64,000 bases of DNA, from NCBI GenBank assembly GCA_025449935.1, contig JANWIJ010000037.1, forward strand, positions 2,055 through 66,054. Direction: 5' to 3'. A model generated the notes under the pieces. It was given only the letters and a program-made list of their open reading frames with translations, was not told the origin of the DNA and did no database searches. Each line of letters begins with the position of its first letter. Position 1 is the stretch's first letter. This stretch comes from Chitinophagaceae bacterium. GTDB taxonomy: Bacteria; Bacteroidota; Bacteroidia; Chitinophagales; Chitinophagaceae. Below, piece by piece: positions 29,231-39,035 of this stretch. The position numbers and the translations under genes are program-made.

Positions 29231-31657
29231 ATGACGATTTCTTATAAATGGCTGAGTGAATACCTGCCCGTAACTGTTGACCCAGATAGATTGAGCCGCA
29301 TTCTTACTTCCATCGGCCTGGAAGTGGAAAACATGAATAAATACGAAGAGGTAACCGGAGGATTGGAGGGCCTGGTAATCGGTGAAGTGCTGAGTACGGA
29401 AAAACATCCTAACGCCGACAAACTGACCCTGACCAGGGTGAATATTGGCAAACCTGAACCTTTAAAAATTGTTTGCGGTGCACCGAATGTCGCTGCAGGT
29501 CAGAAAGTGATTGTTGCCCCGGTGGGCACTACCATTTACCCCATAACCGGCGAACCCCTTACGATGAAAGTGGCAAAGATCCGGAGCGAGGAAAGTCATG
29601 GGATGATTTGCGCTGAAGATGAAATCGGGCTGGGGGTATCTCATGCCGGAATCATTGTATTGCCCGCCAGTGCAAAAATTGGGCAGGCGGCCGCTAACTA
29701 TTTCCAGCCTTATGAAGATATTATTTTCGAAATCGGACTCACCCCCAACCGCATGGATGCCATGAGTCATTGGGGTGTGGCAAGAGATGTCTGTGCCTAT
29801 TTATCTCATCACGATAAAAAAGACATCAAACCTAAATTGCCAAATGGCAATGGATTTAAAATCGACAACAATTCACTGGTGATTGATGTACGTGTAGAGA
29901 ATGAAAATGCGTGCCCCCGTTATAGCGGGATCAGCATGGCCAATATTAGCATCGGGGAATCACCCAAATGGCTGCAACAGAAACTAAAAGCCATTGGCCT
30001 GCGGCCGATCAATAATATTGTAGATATTACCAACTTTATCCAGCACGAAACAGGACAGCCCATCCACGCATTTGATGCAGATATGATCGCTGATAAAAAA
30101 GTGGTAGTGAAAAATCTCCCCCCGGGAACCGTATTCATTACGCTGGATGAAAAGGAAAGAAAACTCAGCAACGAAGACCTCATGATCTGCGACGGAAAAG
30201 AAGGTATCTGTATCGCAGGTGTGTTTGGTGGGTTACGAAGTGGTGTAACAGGTACAACAAAAAATATTTTCCTCGAAAGTGCCTGTTTCGACAGCGTTGC
30301 TGTACGAAAAACATCTTTCCGTCATGGCCTGAGGACGGATGCAGCATCACGGTTTGAAAAAGGAACGGATATTTCGGCCACCGTTAATGTCCTGAAAAGA
30401 ACAGCCAACCTGATCAAAGAAGTCTGTGGCGGTGAGATTGCGTCAGATATCATAGACCTGTATCCAAACCCAAAGGCCAAAACTGAAGTAGCCATTAAAT
30501 GGCATTTTACCAAAAAACTCAGCGGCAAGAATTATCATCCTGATGCGATCATGAATATTTTAACCAGCCTTGGGTTTGAAATCATCAAAGAAGGGATTGA
30601 TGAACTAAGGGTGGCTGTTCCTTTTCATAAACCGGACATCAGTTTACCGGCCGACCTGGTAGAAGAAATAGTGAGGATTGACGGCCTGGATAATATCGAG
30701 ATCCCCGAGGCGATCACCATTACCCCGGCCGTGGAAGAGCATTATGCAAAAGAAGTATACCGCGAAAAAGTTTCCGGGAATCTCGTGGGCCTGGGTTTTA
30801 ATGAGATCATGACGAACTCCATTACGAATGCAGCTTATTTCTCAGAAGAGGAGCAACAGGGAATGGTAAGGATGACAAACAGCCTCAGCGCTGAGCTGAA
30901 TATTTTGAGAAATTCTCTTTTTGAAACTGCGCTAGAAGTGGTTGCCCGCAATCTTAACCACCGGAATAATTCGCTCCGCTTGTTTGAATTCGGTAAAGCC
31001 TATAGCGTACTGGGCCCGGGCAGGTATAACGAAACTGAAAAGCTCTGCGTGGTTATTACCGGGAACATACAGGAAGACAACTGGAAACAAAAAGCAAATC
31101 TTTCAGATTTCTATTACCTGAAAGGAGTAGTCAATACGGTTTTGCGTTCGTTAGGGATAAAAGCGGATACAGCGGAGCTTTTAGAAGTTCCGAAACTGGA
31201 TAATCATGTTGTGTTCAGGTTGAATGGCCAGGTCATTGCTGGCGCAGGAGAAGTAAAGAAAAAAGTATTGGATAGGTTTGGCATCAAACAACCCGTATTT
31301 TTTGCCGGGTTTGACTGGAGTGTTTTGCCTGAACTGGCTGCTAACCAAACAGCCGCCCTTCAGGAGGTACCGAGGTTCCCGGGCGTTCAACGGGATCTTG
31401 CCATGGTCATATCCAGGGAACTTGCCTGGGAAAAAGTCCGGCAAACTGTGCAAAACATTAAGTTGAATAACCTGCAGGACATAAAACTGTTTGATATATT
31501 CGAGAGTGAAAAATTAGGCAGTGGTAAAAAATCAATCGCCGTTAACTTTACGTTCCTGGATGAAAAAAAGACATTGACCGATAAAGAAATTGATGGTTGG
31601 ATGAGTAAAATAATAACCACCCTCGAAAAAGACCTGCAGGCGGAGATCAGAAAATGA
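29231..31657 (+). CDS. pheT: Phenylalanine--tRNA ligase beta subunit
   Basis: KHPNADKL, VCGAPNV, LTPNRMDAMS, NNIVDITN, RFEKG and a C-terminal FDX-ACB domain. Confidence 0.97.
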   Translation: MTISYKWLSEYLPVTVDPDRLSRILTSIGLEVENMNKYEEVTGGLEGLVIGEVLSTEKHPNADKLTLTRVNIGKPEPLKIVCGAPNVAAGQKVIVAPVGTTIYPITGEPLTMKVAKIRSEESHGMICAEDEIGLGVSHAGIIVLPASAKIGQAAANYFQPYEDIIFEIGLTPNRMDAMSHWGVARDVCAYLSHHDKKDIKPKLPNGNGFKIDNNSLVIDVRVENENACPRYSGISMANISIGESPKWLQQKLKAIGLRPINNIVDITNFIQHETGQPIHAFDADMIADKKVVVKNLPPGTVFITLDEKERKLSNEDLMICDGKEGICIAGVFGGLRSGVTGTTKNIFLESACFDSVAVRKTSFRHGLRTDAASRFEKGTDISATVNVLKRTANLIKEVCGGEIASDIIDLYPNPKAKTEVAIKWHFTKKLSGKNYHPDAIMNILTSLGFEIIKEGIDELRVAVPFHKPDISLPADLVEEIVRIDGLDNIEIPEAITITPAVEEHYAKEVYREKVSGNLVGLGFNEIMTNSITNAAYFSEEEQQGMVRMTNSLSAELNILRNSLFETALEVVARNLNHRNNSLRLFEFGKAYSVLGPGRYNETEKLCVVITGNIQEDNWKQKANLSDFYYLKGVVNTVLRSLGIKADTAELLEVPKLDNHVVFRLNGQVIAGAGEVKKKVLDRFGIKQPVFFAGFDWSVLPELAANQTAALQEVPRFPGVQRDLAMVISRELAWEKVRQTVQNIKLNNLQDIKLFDIFESEKLGSGKKSIAVNFTFLDEKKTLTDKEIDGWMSKIITTLEKDLQAEIRK

Positions 31658-31941
31658 GTACAACGGACCAACATCTGAAAAGAATACAGGAAAAACTTCA
31701 GCAATTGCTGAAGAATCATGCTGCCCTGGTAAAAGAAAATAACCGGTTAAAGGAACAACTGGATAAAACCAAACAGCAGACAGGACAGCACCAGAAAAAT
31801 ATCGATGAATTAAAGCAACAGGTAAATGTGCTTAAGATCGGTGCGGGAGACATGAATGAATCCGACAAAAAAGAATTCGAGAAAAGGATCAATGTTTACC
31901 TGAAGGAAATTGACAGGTGTATTGCCCTGCTGAGCGAGTAG
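31654..31941 (+). CDS. Coiled-coil protein, ZapB-like partner of ZapA
   Basis: Heptad pattern, C-terminal EIDRCIALL, ATGA coupling to pheT, position upstream of zapA. Confidence 0.75.
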   Translation: MSTTDQHLKRIQEKLQQLLKNHAALVKENNRLKEQLDKTKQQTGQHQKNIDELKQQVNVLKIGAGDMNESDKKEFEKRINVYLKEIDRCIALLSE

Positions 31942-31942
31942 G

Positions 31943-32197
31943 TCAGATACGCTTCACCAGGTTCATTCTCATCTCGTCCTGTCCATGCGAAAGTTCAAGG
32001 GTATATCTTCCGTAGGGCAATTCACTCAGTCCCGTCCAGATGAACAGTTCTTTTTCCGAATCGATGTCTTTTTCGATGGTACTGCAAATACTGCCCGTAT
32101 CATCTTTTAATACACCACGGAGGCAGTCTCCTTTGGGGGCATTTAACTGGAATTGCAACGCATCAATAAAAATTGATGACCTGATTGTAGCGAACAT
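31943..32197 (-). CDS. Hypothetical 84-aa beta-rich protein
   Basis: ATG-started ORF that fills the gap between the ZapB-like gene and zapA. Protein-like composition with an LPYGRYTLEL motif. Confidence 0.7.
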   Translation of the reverse strand: MFATIRSSIFIDALQFQLNAPKGDCLRGVLKDDTGSICSTIEKDIDSEKELFIWTGLSELPYGRYTLELSHGQDEMRMNLVKRI

Positions 32198-32258
32198 GTG
32201 ACAACTTTTTAGTTAGTTTTAGTTGTTTCGCGGGGTAAGTTTAGCCTGTTGATCTTTC

Positions 32259-32267
32259 TGTGGATAA
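32259..32267. promoter_or_regulatory. DnaA box upstream of zapA
   Basis: Perfect TGTGGATAA, with a near match GGTGGAAAA at 32270-32278. Confidence 0.5.
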
Positions 32268-32324
32268 CTGGTGGAAAAGATGGGAAATCTAAAATAATGA
32301 ATAGAAATTGAAAAATCCAACAAT

Positions 32325-32621
32325 ATGGACGAATTAATTGCAGTTTCGGCAGTAATCGCCGACCGGAGTTACCGGATCAAGATCACCCGGGAGGATGAGG
32401 AGGTCGTTAGAAAGACCCTGAAAACGATTAATGACAAGATCATTGAGTTCAAAACCCAGTTCGCCGGTAAAGACATGCAGGATTATATTGCCATGGTACT
32501 TATCTGGTATGCCACCGAGCAACATGCCGCTACCGCCGCGGATGTTGTGACTGAAAACCTTGCAGACAAACTGAATAATATCGAAAAGCTATTGGATAGC
32601 CAGCTTAATGAAAAAAGCTAA
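32325..32621 (+). CDS. zapA: Cell division protein ZapA
   Basis: IADRSYRIKI, EEVVRK and KDMQDYIAM motifs. pheT-zapA-rny synteny. Confidence 0.9.
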   Translation: MDELIAVSAVIADRSYRIKITREDEEVVRKTLKTINDKIIEFKTQFAGKDMQDYIAMVLIWYATEQHAATAADVVTENLADKLNNIEKLLDSQLNEKS

Positions 32622-32660
32622 ATAGCCTGACAAACAGCTCTTTATCGTAATATTATTTAC

Positions 32661-33821
32661 TTAAAAGGCTTTTTTGTTTTCAATAGCTTCCCCAACTTTT
32701 TGATCAAGTTCGTCGCCGCTGATGTTTTTGGCAATGATCTTCCCTTCGGGATCCAGCAGCAGGTTTTGAGGAATCGCCCTGATACCATATTGCTTCGCCA
32801 CTTCATTATCCCAGAATTTCAGGTCACTTACCTGGGTCCAGTCGAGCTTGTCATCATGAATGGCTTTTAACCACCTCTCCTTCTGTCCCGGCCTGTCCAG
32901 TGAAACGCCAATGATGTGAAAATTCCGGTCTTTATATTTATTGAAAACTTTCACCACGTTCGGATTTTCTGCCCGGCAGGGTCCGCACCAGCTGGCCCAA
33001 AAATCAACGAGTACATAGCGGCCTTTAAAGGAAGATAATTTAACCGGGTGATCCAGCGTATCGTTTTGGGTAAAATCCATAGCTATTTTGCCGATGCCGG
33101 TTTTTTTGGCAATAGCAAGGCTTTCTTCGAAACCGGCAGCAGATGGATACTGTTTATTTGCATCCGACAGGGATTCATAAAGCGGGGCTACTTTATCCGC
33201 GTCAATATCCCAGCCGGCATATTGCTGTATGGCGTACAACGCGATGGGTGATGAAGGATTATTGCGGACATATTCCCCATAAACTTTCTCTCCCCTTTCC
33301 TTTTCCACCATTTCGATTTCCTTCTCTATTCTTGCCTGGTTTTCCAGATCTTTTTCCTTAGCGTATGCCCTGTATTGGGTGATCAACACCTCTATCTGCC
33401 TGGCGAATGGTTTGGCTTGCTCATTCAATTTCGCGAATTCGATGTGTGATGCTGATCCTTCCACCTGCACATTGCTGAATGAATCTATTGAATTCACTTT
33501 TATTTTACCGGGTTCAAGGAATACCGATGTCATATCACGTGCCGCCACGGTGGGAATCTTATTACCGTCGCTCCCCGGTACATACTTCACTCTCAACCAT
33601 CCCCTCAATGGTTCCGCGATCATACCGGTGAATTCATATTTACCATCCTTTGGCTGCACACTGTCGGTTATCCACTCATCGCCTATCTTGTATTGCAGAT
33701 ATACCCAATCTACTTTTTTATCGAGCTTGTTGGCCTTCCCGGAGAGGGTGAAAGATTGGGACTTTTCTTGTCCAAGGAGGGTCACGGGCAGGAGAAAGAG
33801 AACAAAAAATAATTTATTCAT
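32661..33821 (-). CDS. Secreted TlpA-family thiol-disulfide oxidoreductase (N-terminal DUF4369-like domain)
   Basis: Signal peptide, VDFWASWCGPCRAENP and YGIRAIPQNLLLD motifs. Confidence 0.92.
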   Translation of the reverse strand: MNKLFFVLFLLPVTLLGQEKSQSFTLSGKANKLDKKVDWVYLQYKIGDEWITDSVQPKDGKYEFTGMIAEPLRGWLRVKYVPGSDGNKIPTVAARDMTSVFLEPGKIKVNSIDSFSNVQVEGSASHIEFAKLNEQAKPFARQIEVLITQYRAYAKEKDLENQARIEKEIEMVEKERGEKVYGEYVRNNPSSPIALYAIQQYAGWDIDADKVAPLYESLSDANKQYPSAAGFEESLAIAKKTGIGKIAMDFTQNDTLDHPVKLSSFKGRYVLVDFWASWCGPCRAENPNVVKVFNKYKDRNFHIIGVSLDRPGQKERWLKAIHDDKLDWTQVSDLKFWDNEVAKQYGIRAIPQNLLLDPEGKIIAKNISGDELDQKVGEAIENKKAF

Positions 33822-33865
33822 AGTTGTTTTTTCTGGCCGGTAAATTACGGAAATAGCATTCCCCC

Positions 33866-33997
33866 CTTCATTTATATGTGCCGAAGGCAGTAAATACGGG
33901 TATGAAAGGCAGCTATCCCCTAATTTAGGCCGTTCCCTTCGGGGTATAGGCTTCCTTTTGTATCTTCGCTGATTACATATACTTCCGCAATATGAAG
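33866..33997. other. Long irregular inverted repeat / possible structured RNA upstream of rny
   Basis: Nested pairings CTTCAT/ATGAAG, TATATGT/ACATATA, CGAAG/CTTCG, ATAC/GTAT, GAAAGG/CCTTTT and AGC-TAT-CCCC/GGGG-T-ATA-G-GCT. Confidence 0.35.
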
Positions 33998-34043
33998 TTT
34001 ATATTAAACAAAAGCATTGTGCCACAATTAAACAATAATATTC

Positions 34044-35609
34044 ATGGATCCGAATATACTTTCCATCATCATAGGTGCTGCCGCCCTCATTGCGGGCCTT
34101 ACAGCGGGTAAATTCCTGTTTGCCAAAAACACCCGGAAAAAAATTGAAGAAGCCGAATTCCAGTCTCAAAGTATCCTGAAAGAAGCCGAACTCAGGGCTG
34201 AAACCATCCGGAAAGAAAAGGAACTGGAGGCCAAGGAACGATTTGTACAGATGAAGTCCACCCACGATAAGGAGGTCTTCGAAAAAAATAAAAAGATAAA
34301 CGATACAGAGAACCGCGTCCGCCAGAAAGAACAATCCATCAACCAGAAGGAGGTCAGCATTGACAAACAGGTAAAGGAAAATGAAGTCATTAAAGAAAAC
34401 CTGAACCGGCAGATCGAGCTGGTGAATATTAAAAGAACAGAACTTGAAAAGCACCAGGAAGAACATATCCGGCGCTTAGAAAAAATTGCAGGCTTATCCG
34501 CGGAAGAAGCCAAAACCCAGCTGGTGGAAAGCCTGAAACATGAGGCGCAGACCCAGGCCCTGGGTATCCAGCAGGAGATCATTGATGACGCAAAGCAAAA
34601 AGCCAACAAGGAAGCACGGAAAATTATCATTCAAACCATACAGCGGACGGCCGCTGAACAGGCTATTGAAAACTCTATCACCGTTTTCAATCTGGAAAGT
34701 GATGAGATAAAAGGGCAGATCATTGGCCGGGAAGGCCGGAATATCCGGGCGATTGAGGCCGCCACAGGGGTTGACCTGATCGTAGACGACACCCCGGAAG
34801 CAATTTTGCTTTCTTCGTTCGATCCGCTTCGTCGTGAAATTGCCCGTTTGAGTTTACAGCGATTAGTGGCCGACGGACGGATACACCCTGCAAGAATTGA
34901 GGAAGTGGTGGAAAAGACCAAGAAACAGATCGAAGAACAGGTAATGGAAATTGGTGAAAGGACGGTGATTGAACTGGGTATTCATGGGCTCCATAAGGAA
35001 TTGGTAAGAATGGTTGGACGAATGCGTTTCCGTTCTTCCTATGGTCAAAACCTGCTGATGCACAGTCGCGAAACAGCCAATCTTTGCGCCACCATGGCCG
35101 CCGAATTAGGGTTAAACCCGAAACTGGCCAAAAGGGCTGGTCTGCTTCATGACATAGGAAAAGTGCCGGATGAAGAAAGTGAATTAAGCCACGCTTTGCT
35201 GGGCGCAAAACTGGCGGAGAAATATGGTGAAAACCCCGCAGTTGTTAATGCGATCGGTGCTCACCACGACGAAATGGAAATGCAGTATGTGATCTCCCCG
35301 ATCGTCCAGGCCTGTGATGCCATCAGTGGTGCCAGGCCGGGAGCACGCCGGGAAATCATGCAGCAATACCTGCAACGGATCAAAGACCTGGAAAACCTGG
35401 CCATGGCATATAATGGGGTAGAGAAAGCCTATGCTATCCAGGCCGGAAGAGAACTCCGTGTGATTGTAGAAGCCGATAAGGTTACTGACCAGGATTCAGA
35501 CAGGCTTTCGTTTGAGATAGCCCAGAAAATTCAAACGGAAATGACCTTTCCCGGCCAGATAAAAGTGACAGTGATCCGGGAAAAAAGAGCTGTAAATGTC
35601 GCGAGATAG
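34044..35609 (+). CDS. rny: Ribonuclease Y
   Basis: N-terminal TM helix, coiled coil, KH domain ([12 protein letters not shown]) and HD domain ([19 protein letters not shown]). Confidence 0.98.
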   Translation: MDPNILSIIIGAAALIAGLTAGKFLFAKNTRKKIEEAEFQSQSILKEAELRAETIRKEKELEAKERFVQMKSTHDKEVFEKNKKINDTENRVRQKEQSINQKEVSIDKQVKENEVIKENLNRQIELVNIKRTELEKHQEEHIRRLEKIAGLSAEEAKTQLVESLKHEAQTQALGIQQEIIDDAKQKANKEARKIIIQTIQRTAAEQAIENSITVFNLESDEIKGQIIGREGRNIRAIEAATGVDLIVDDTPEAILLSSFDPLRREIARLSLQRLVADGRIHPARIEEVVEKTKKQIEEQVMEIGERTVIELGIHGLHKELVRMVGRMRFRSSYGQNLLMHSRETANLCATMAAELGLNPKLAKRAGLLHDIGKVPDEESELSHALLGAKLAEKYGENPAVVNAIGAHHDEMEMQYVISPIVQACDAISGARPGARREIMQQYLQRIKDLENLAMAYNGVEKAYAIQAGRELRVIVEADKVTDQDSDRLSFEIAQKIQTEMTFPGQIKVTVIREKRAVNVAR

Positions 35610-35690
35610 ATGTTTCAGGCTTAACGGGTTAAAAGGGTAAAGTTCTGTTTCAGAAAAAAGGCCGGGCTGCAGATGAAAAACATTCGGCCA

Positions 35691-35711
35691 TAAACTGTAA
35701 ACTGTAAACGG
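35691..35711. repeat. 7-nt tandem TAAACTG x3 just upstream of the rplS promoter
   Basis: taaactg-taaactg-taaacgg, followed by TACCTTTG at 35719-35726. Confidence 0.65.
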
Positions 35712-35747
35712 TTTCCCTTACCTTTGCCCTCCTTAAAAATCAGCATT

Positions 35748-36113
35748 ATGAACGCCATAGAATATGTACATGAGCAACTGACAGGTAAGAAAGAATTTCC
35801 CAAATTCAAAGCGGGAGATAACATTACTGTCAATTACAAGATTATTGAGGGTAACAAAGAGAGGATCCAGTCTTTCAAAGGCGATGTGATCAAAAAACAG
35901 GGTAATGGTGCTACTGCCAGTTTTACGGTCCGTAAGATTTCGGACGGTATTGGCGTAGAAAGGGTGTTCCCGTTCTTTTCACCGAATGTTGAATCAATTG
36001 TGCTGAATAAGGCGGGTAATGTTCGCCGTGCCAAATTGTTCTACCAGCGCTCCCGGAGTGGTAAGAGTGCCAGGATCCGTGAAAAGCGTATGGTTACTGA
36101 AGCTGCCGAGTAA
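35748..36113 (+). CDS. rplS: 50S ribosomal protein L19
   Basis: [33 protein letters not shown] and VRRAKLFY motifs. Start moved to MNAIEY. Confidence 0.98.
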   Translation: MNAIEYVHEQLTGKKEFPKFKAGDNITVNYKIIEGNKERIQSFKGDVIKKQGNGATASFTVRKISDGIGVERVFPFFSPNVESIVLNKAGNVRRAKLFYQRSRSGKSARIREKRMVTEAAE

Positions 36114-36133
36114 TATTTCTAAAATAATTCCTG

Positions 36134-36162
36134 AAAACCCCGCTCATACCCGGGGTTTTTTA
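36134..36162 (+). terminator. Intrinsic terminator after rplS
   Basis: AAAACCCCG-CTCATACC-CGGGGTTTT followed by a T-tract. Confidence 0.88.
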
Positions 36163-36239
36163 TTGCCCGGTACCAACCGTCAACTATTTCTGTCAATTCA
36201 CTTAAGTACTTATTATCTTTGTCTCATAATTTTTTGATT

Positions 36240-36449
36240 ATGATTCACCCCACACTGCTAGGTATGCTGGGCACTAATGAAATCATCATTATACTTGTAA
36301 TCGTATTGCTTTTGTTTGGCGGCCGGAAAATCCCTGAACTGATGCGCGGTCTTGGAAAAGGCGTCAGGGAATTCAATGATGCAAAAAGCAATGTAAAAAG
36401 AGAGATCGAGGACAGTGCCAATGATGTGAAGAATTCTGTAAAAGAATAA
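36240..36449 (+). CDS. tatA: Twin-arginine translocase TatA/TatE subunit
   Basis: [23 protein letters not shown] motif. ATG at 36240 follows TATCTTTG (36214-36221). Confidence 0.95.
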   Translation: MIHPTLLGMLGTNEIIIILVIVLLLFGGRKIPELMRGLGKGVREFNDAKSNVKREIEDSANDVKNSVKE

Positions 36450-36490
36450 TTCCACCCACAGATTTTCTTTAACCTGTAAAAGCCCGGATA

Positions 36491-37930
36491 TTGTTTGAGT
36501 TCACTTCCATTGAGCAGTATCATGCTCAATTACGGGAAGGAAAAACTACCTGCCTCCAGGGGGTGGAGCATTTCCTGGACCGCATAACCTCTGCCCTTCA
36601 CCTGAATGCCTTTACCGAAACTTTCACGGACGAGGCCCTCCAAAAAGCAAAACAACTTGACCAGAAAAGGAAAGATGGCGGCCCCTGCGGCAAATTGCAC
36701 GGAGTAGTGATCGGGCTAAAGGATGTTATTTGCTACAAAGACCATAAGGTAACCGCTGCCTCCAACATTCTGAAGAATTTTATTTCCGTTTATTCCTCTA
36801 CCGCGGTTGAAAGACTACTGGCCGAAGACGCAATTATTATCGGCAACCTGAATTGTGATGAATTTGCGATGGGCTCCAGCAATGAAAATTCCGCGTATGG
36901 AAAAGTTCTGAATGCCCTGGATGAGACCCGGGTTCCGGGCGGTTCATCAGGTGGGTCTGCCGTAGCTGTGCAGGCAGGTCTTTGTATGGTTTCCTTAGGC
37001 AGTGACACAGGCGGATCCGTTCGTCAGCCAGCTGATTTTTGTGGCATTGTTGGATTAAAACCCGGGTATGGAAGAATATCCCGTTATGGTTTAATCGCCT
37101 ATGCTTCTTCATTTGACCAGATCGGAATCTTTGGAAATAATATCGCTGATGTCGCCCTGATGCTGGAAGTGATGGCCGGGCCTGATGATTTTGACAGTAC
37201 AGTTTCACAAAAAGAAGTCCCATCCTATTCAACCCAGCTTAAAACCGGCAACAAAAAATTCCGTTTTGCTTATTTTGAAGAAGCGCTGAACCATCCAGGC
37301 CTTGATCCAGAAATTGCCTCTTCTATAAAAGAATTAGCGGGGCAGCTAAAGAGTGATGGTCATGAAGTAAATGCTGTTGAATTTGGTTTGCTTGATTATA
37401 TGGTTCCTGCTTATTATGTACTGACGACGGCAGAAGCCTCCTCTAATCTCTCCCGTTATGACGGTGTCAGGTATGGCTACAGAACTCCAAAACCGGGGCT
37501 GGAGTTAACGGATTTCTACAAAGCGACCCGGTCTGCCGGCTTTGGCCTGGAGGTAAAGCGAAGAATCATGCTGGGCACTTTTGTTTTAAGTGCAGGTTAT
37601 TATGATGCTTACTATACAAGGGCCCAAAAAGTCAGGAAGCTGCTTTTCGAAAGAACAGGTCAGATTTTTGAGAATTATGATTTTATTATCATGCCCGTTT
37701 CCCCTTTTACGGCCTTTAAAGCCGGGGAGAAGATAGGCGACCCTATTGCCATGTATCTGGCTGATATCTATACAGTAATGGCTAACCTGGCTGGGATTCC
37801 GGCTATTTCCCTGCCTCTTTTTACGCACTCCAATGGCCTGCCTTTTGGCCTCCAGGTGATGGCAAACCGTTTAAATGAGGTATCTTTGCTGCAAATTTCA
37901 AACCTTCTTTTACAGGAAAAAATTCTGTAA
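36491..37930 (+). CDS. gatA: Asp/Glu-tRNA amidotransferase subunit A
   Basis: KD, DEFAMGSS, PGGSSGGSA, GSDTGGSVRQPA and EVKRRIMLG motifs. TTG start. Confidence 0.96.
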   Translation: MFEFTSIEQYHAQLREGKTTCLQGVEHFLDRITSALHLNAFTETFTDEALQKAKQLDQKRKDGGPCGKLHGVVIGLKDVICYKDHKVTAASNILKNFISVYSSTAVERLLAEDAIIIGNLNCDEFAMGSSNENSAYGKVLNALDETRVPGGSSGGSAVAVQAGLCMVSLGSDTGGSVRQPADFCGIVGLKPGYGRISRYGLIAYASSFDQIGIFGNNIADVALMLEVMAGPDDFDSTVSQKEVPSYSTQLKTGNKKFRFAYFEEALNHPGLDPEIASSIKELAGQLKSDGHEVNAVEFGLLDYMVPAYYVLTTAEASSNLSRYDGVRYGYRTPKPGLELTDFYKATRSAGFGLEVKRRIMLGTFVLSAGYYDAYYTRAQKVRKLLFERTGQIFENYDFIIMPVSPFTAFKAGEKIGDPIAMYLADIYTVMANLAGIPAISLPLFTHSNGLPFGLQVMANRLNEVSLLQISNLLLQEKIL

Positions 37931-37950
37931 AATGTTTAAAATCAGCAGAT

Positions 37951-39024
37951 TTGAGAAAAATAAAACAGATAACGGTTTTGGTTACTCTCGGCTTTCTATT
38001 GCTGCAGGCAGCAAAGGCAAGTGGATTGCAGCAGGAATTTAAGATGTCACCAGTTGTTCTGGGAGACACTACCATTAAGAAAGAGATTTCCACCCTGAAT
38101 AATGTGGCGGTTAATGACCCCAAACTTGGTTTTAGAAACCTTTTTGCCACCGCTGTAACCGGCGATGGCATTAATGGAGCGAGGCTTAACCCGATGGCTA
38201 TCACGTTTGTCCAGAATTATATTTCCAGGAATGGCAAAGGTTTCCTCGCTATGAAAGACTGGGCGAAGGCCTATTTCAATATGATGGATGAAGTGCTTAC
38301 CCAGCATGGCATTCCAAAAGAATTAAAATACCTTGCGGTTATTGAATCCGGGCTGAAGTATAATGCCAAATCATGGACAGGCGCAGTAGGTCCCTGGGCA
38401 TTCATGCCGGCCGCTGCACAACAATATGGTCTCCGGATAACCAGGGGCAAAGATGAAAGGCTGGATTATTACAAAAGCACACATGCCGCCGCCCGGCTCC
38501 TGACCGACCTCTATGCCAGATATGGAGACTGGTTACTGGTGGTTGCCGCTTATAACAGCGGGCCAGGTAATGTGGATAAAGCTATACGCAAAACAGGTGG
38601 TAATAAAGATTTCTGGACCCTGCAGCACCATCTTCCGAATGAAACGATGAACCATGTAAAAAAATTCATCGGTACACATTATATTTTTGAAGGAGAAGGC
38701 GGTATTACCACGGTTACAAAGGCTGAAGCCAAAGATATACTCCTGAATAACCCGGCTGATCTTGCCAAAGAAGACATGGAAAATTCCACCGCGTATAAAA
38801 TTACCGGCCGGTTCAGTTCTGCCATTATCATTAAGTTCATTGAAATGGATATGGCAACATTCCTCCGCTATAATCCCGGCTTTGATAATGAAATTGCGGT
38901 CAATGGAAAATACGAGCTTCGTTTGCCAACACAAAAGATGAATATTTTTGTGGCAAAAAGATACGAGATACTGGATGAAAGCGTGCAATCCCTGCTGAAA
39001 GCCGCTAACGTAGGAGCCCGCTAA
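37951..39024 (+). CDS. Lytic murein transglycosylase (MltD-like SLT domain)
   Basis: Signal peptide, LAVIESG (catalytic Glu), AVGPWAFM, AAYNSGPG and ETMNHV motifs. TTG start. Confidence 0.9.
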   Translation: MRKIKQITVLVTLGFLLLQAAKASGLQQEFKMSPVVLGDTTIKKEISTLNNVAVNDPKLGFRNLFATAVTGDGINGARLNPMAITFVQNYISRNGKGFLAMKDWAKAYFNMMDEVLTQHGIPKELKYLAVIESGLKYNAKSWTGAVGPWAFMPAAAQQYGLRITRGKDERLDYYKSTHAAARLLTDLYARYGDWLLVVAAYNSGPGNVDKAIRKTGGNKDFWTLQHHLPNETMNHVKKFIGTHYIFEGEGGITTVTKAEAKDILLNNPADLAKEDMENSTAYKITGRFSSAIIIKFIEMDMATFLRYNPGFDNEIAVNGKYELRLPTQKMNIFVAKRYEILDESVQSLLKAANVGAR

Positions 39025-39035
39025 TTATCCATCTA

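Noticed and set aside
32200-32324. Possible replication origin near the DnaA boxes
   Set aside because: Only one perfect box in a 127-bp spacer, no box array or clear unwinding element, and no dnaA/gidA-type neighbours.
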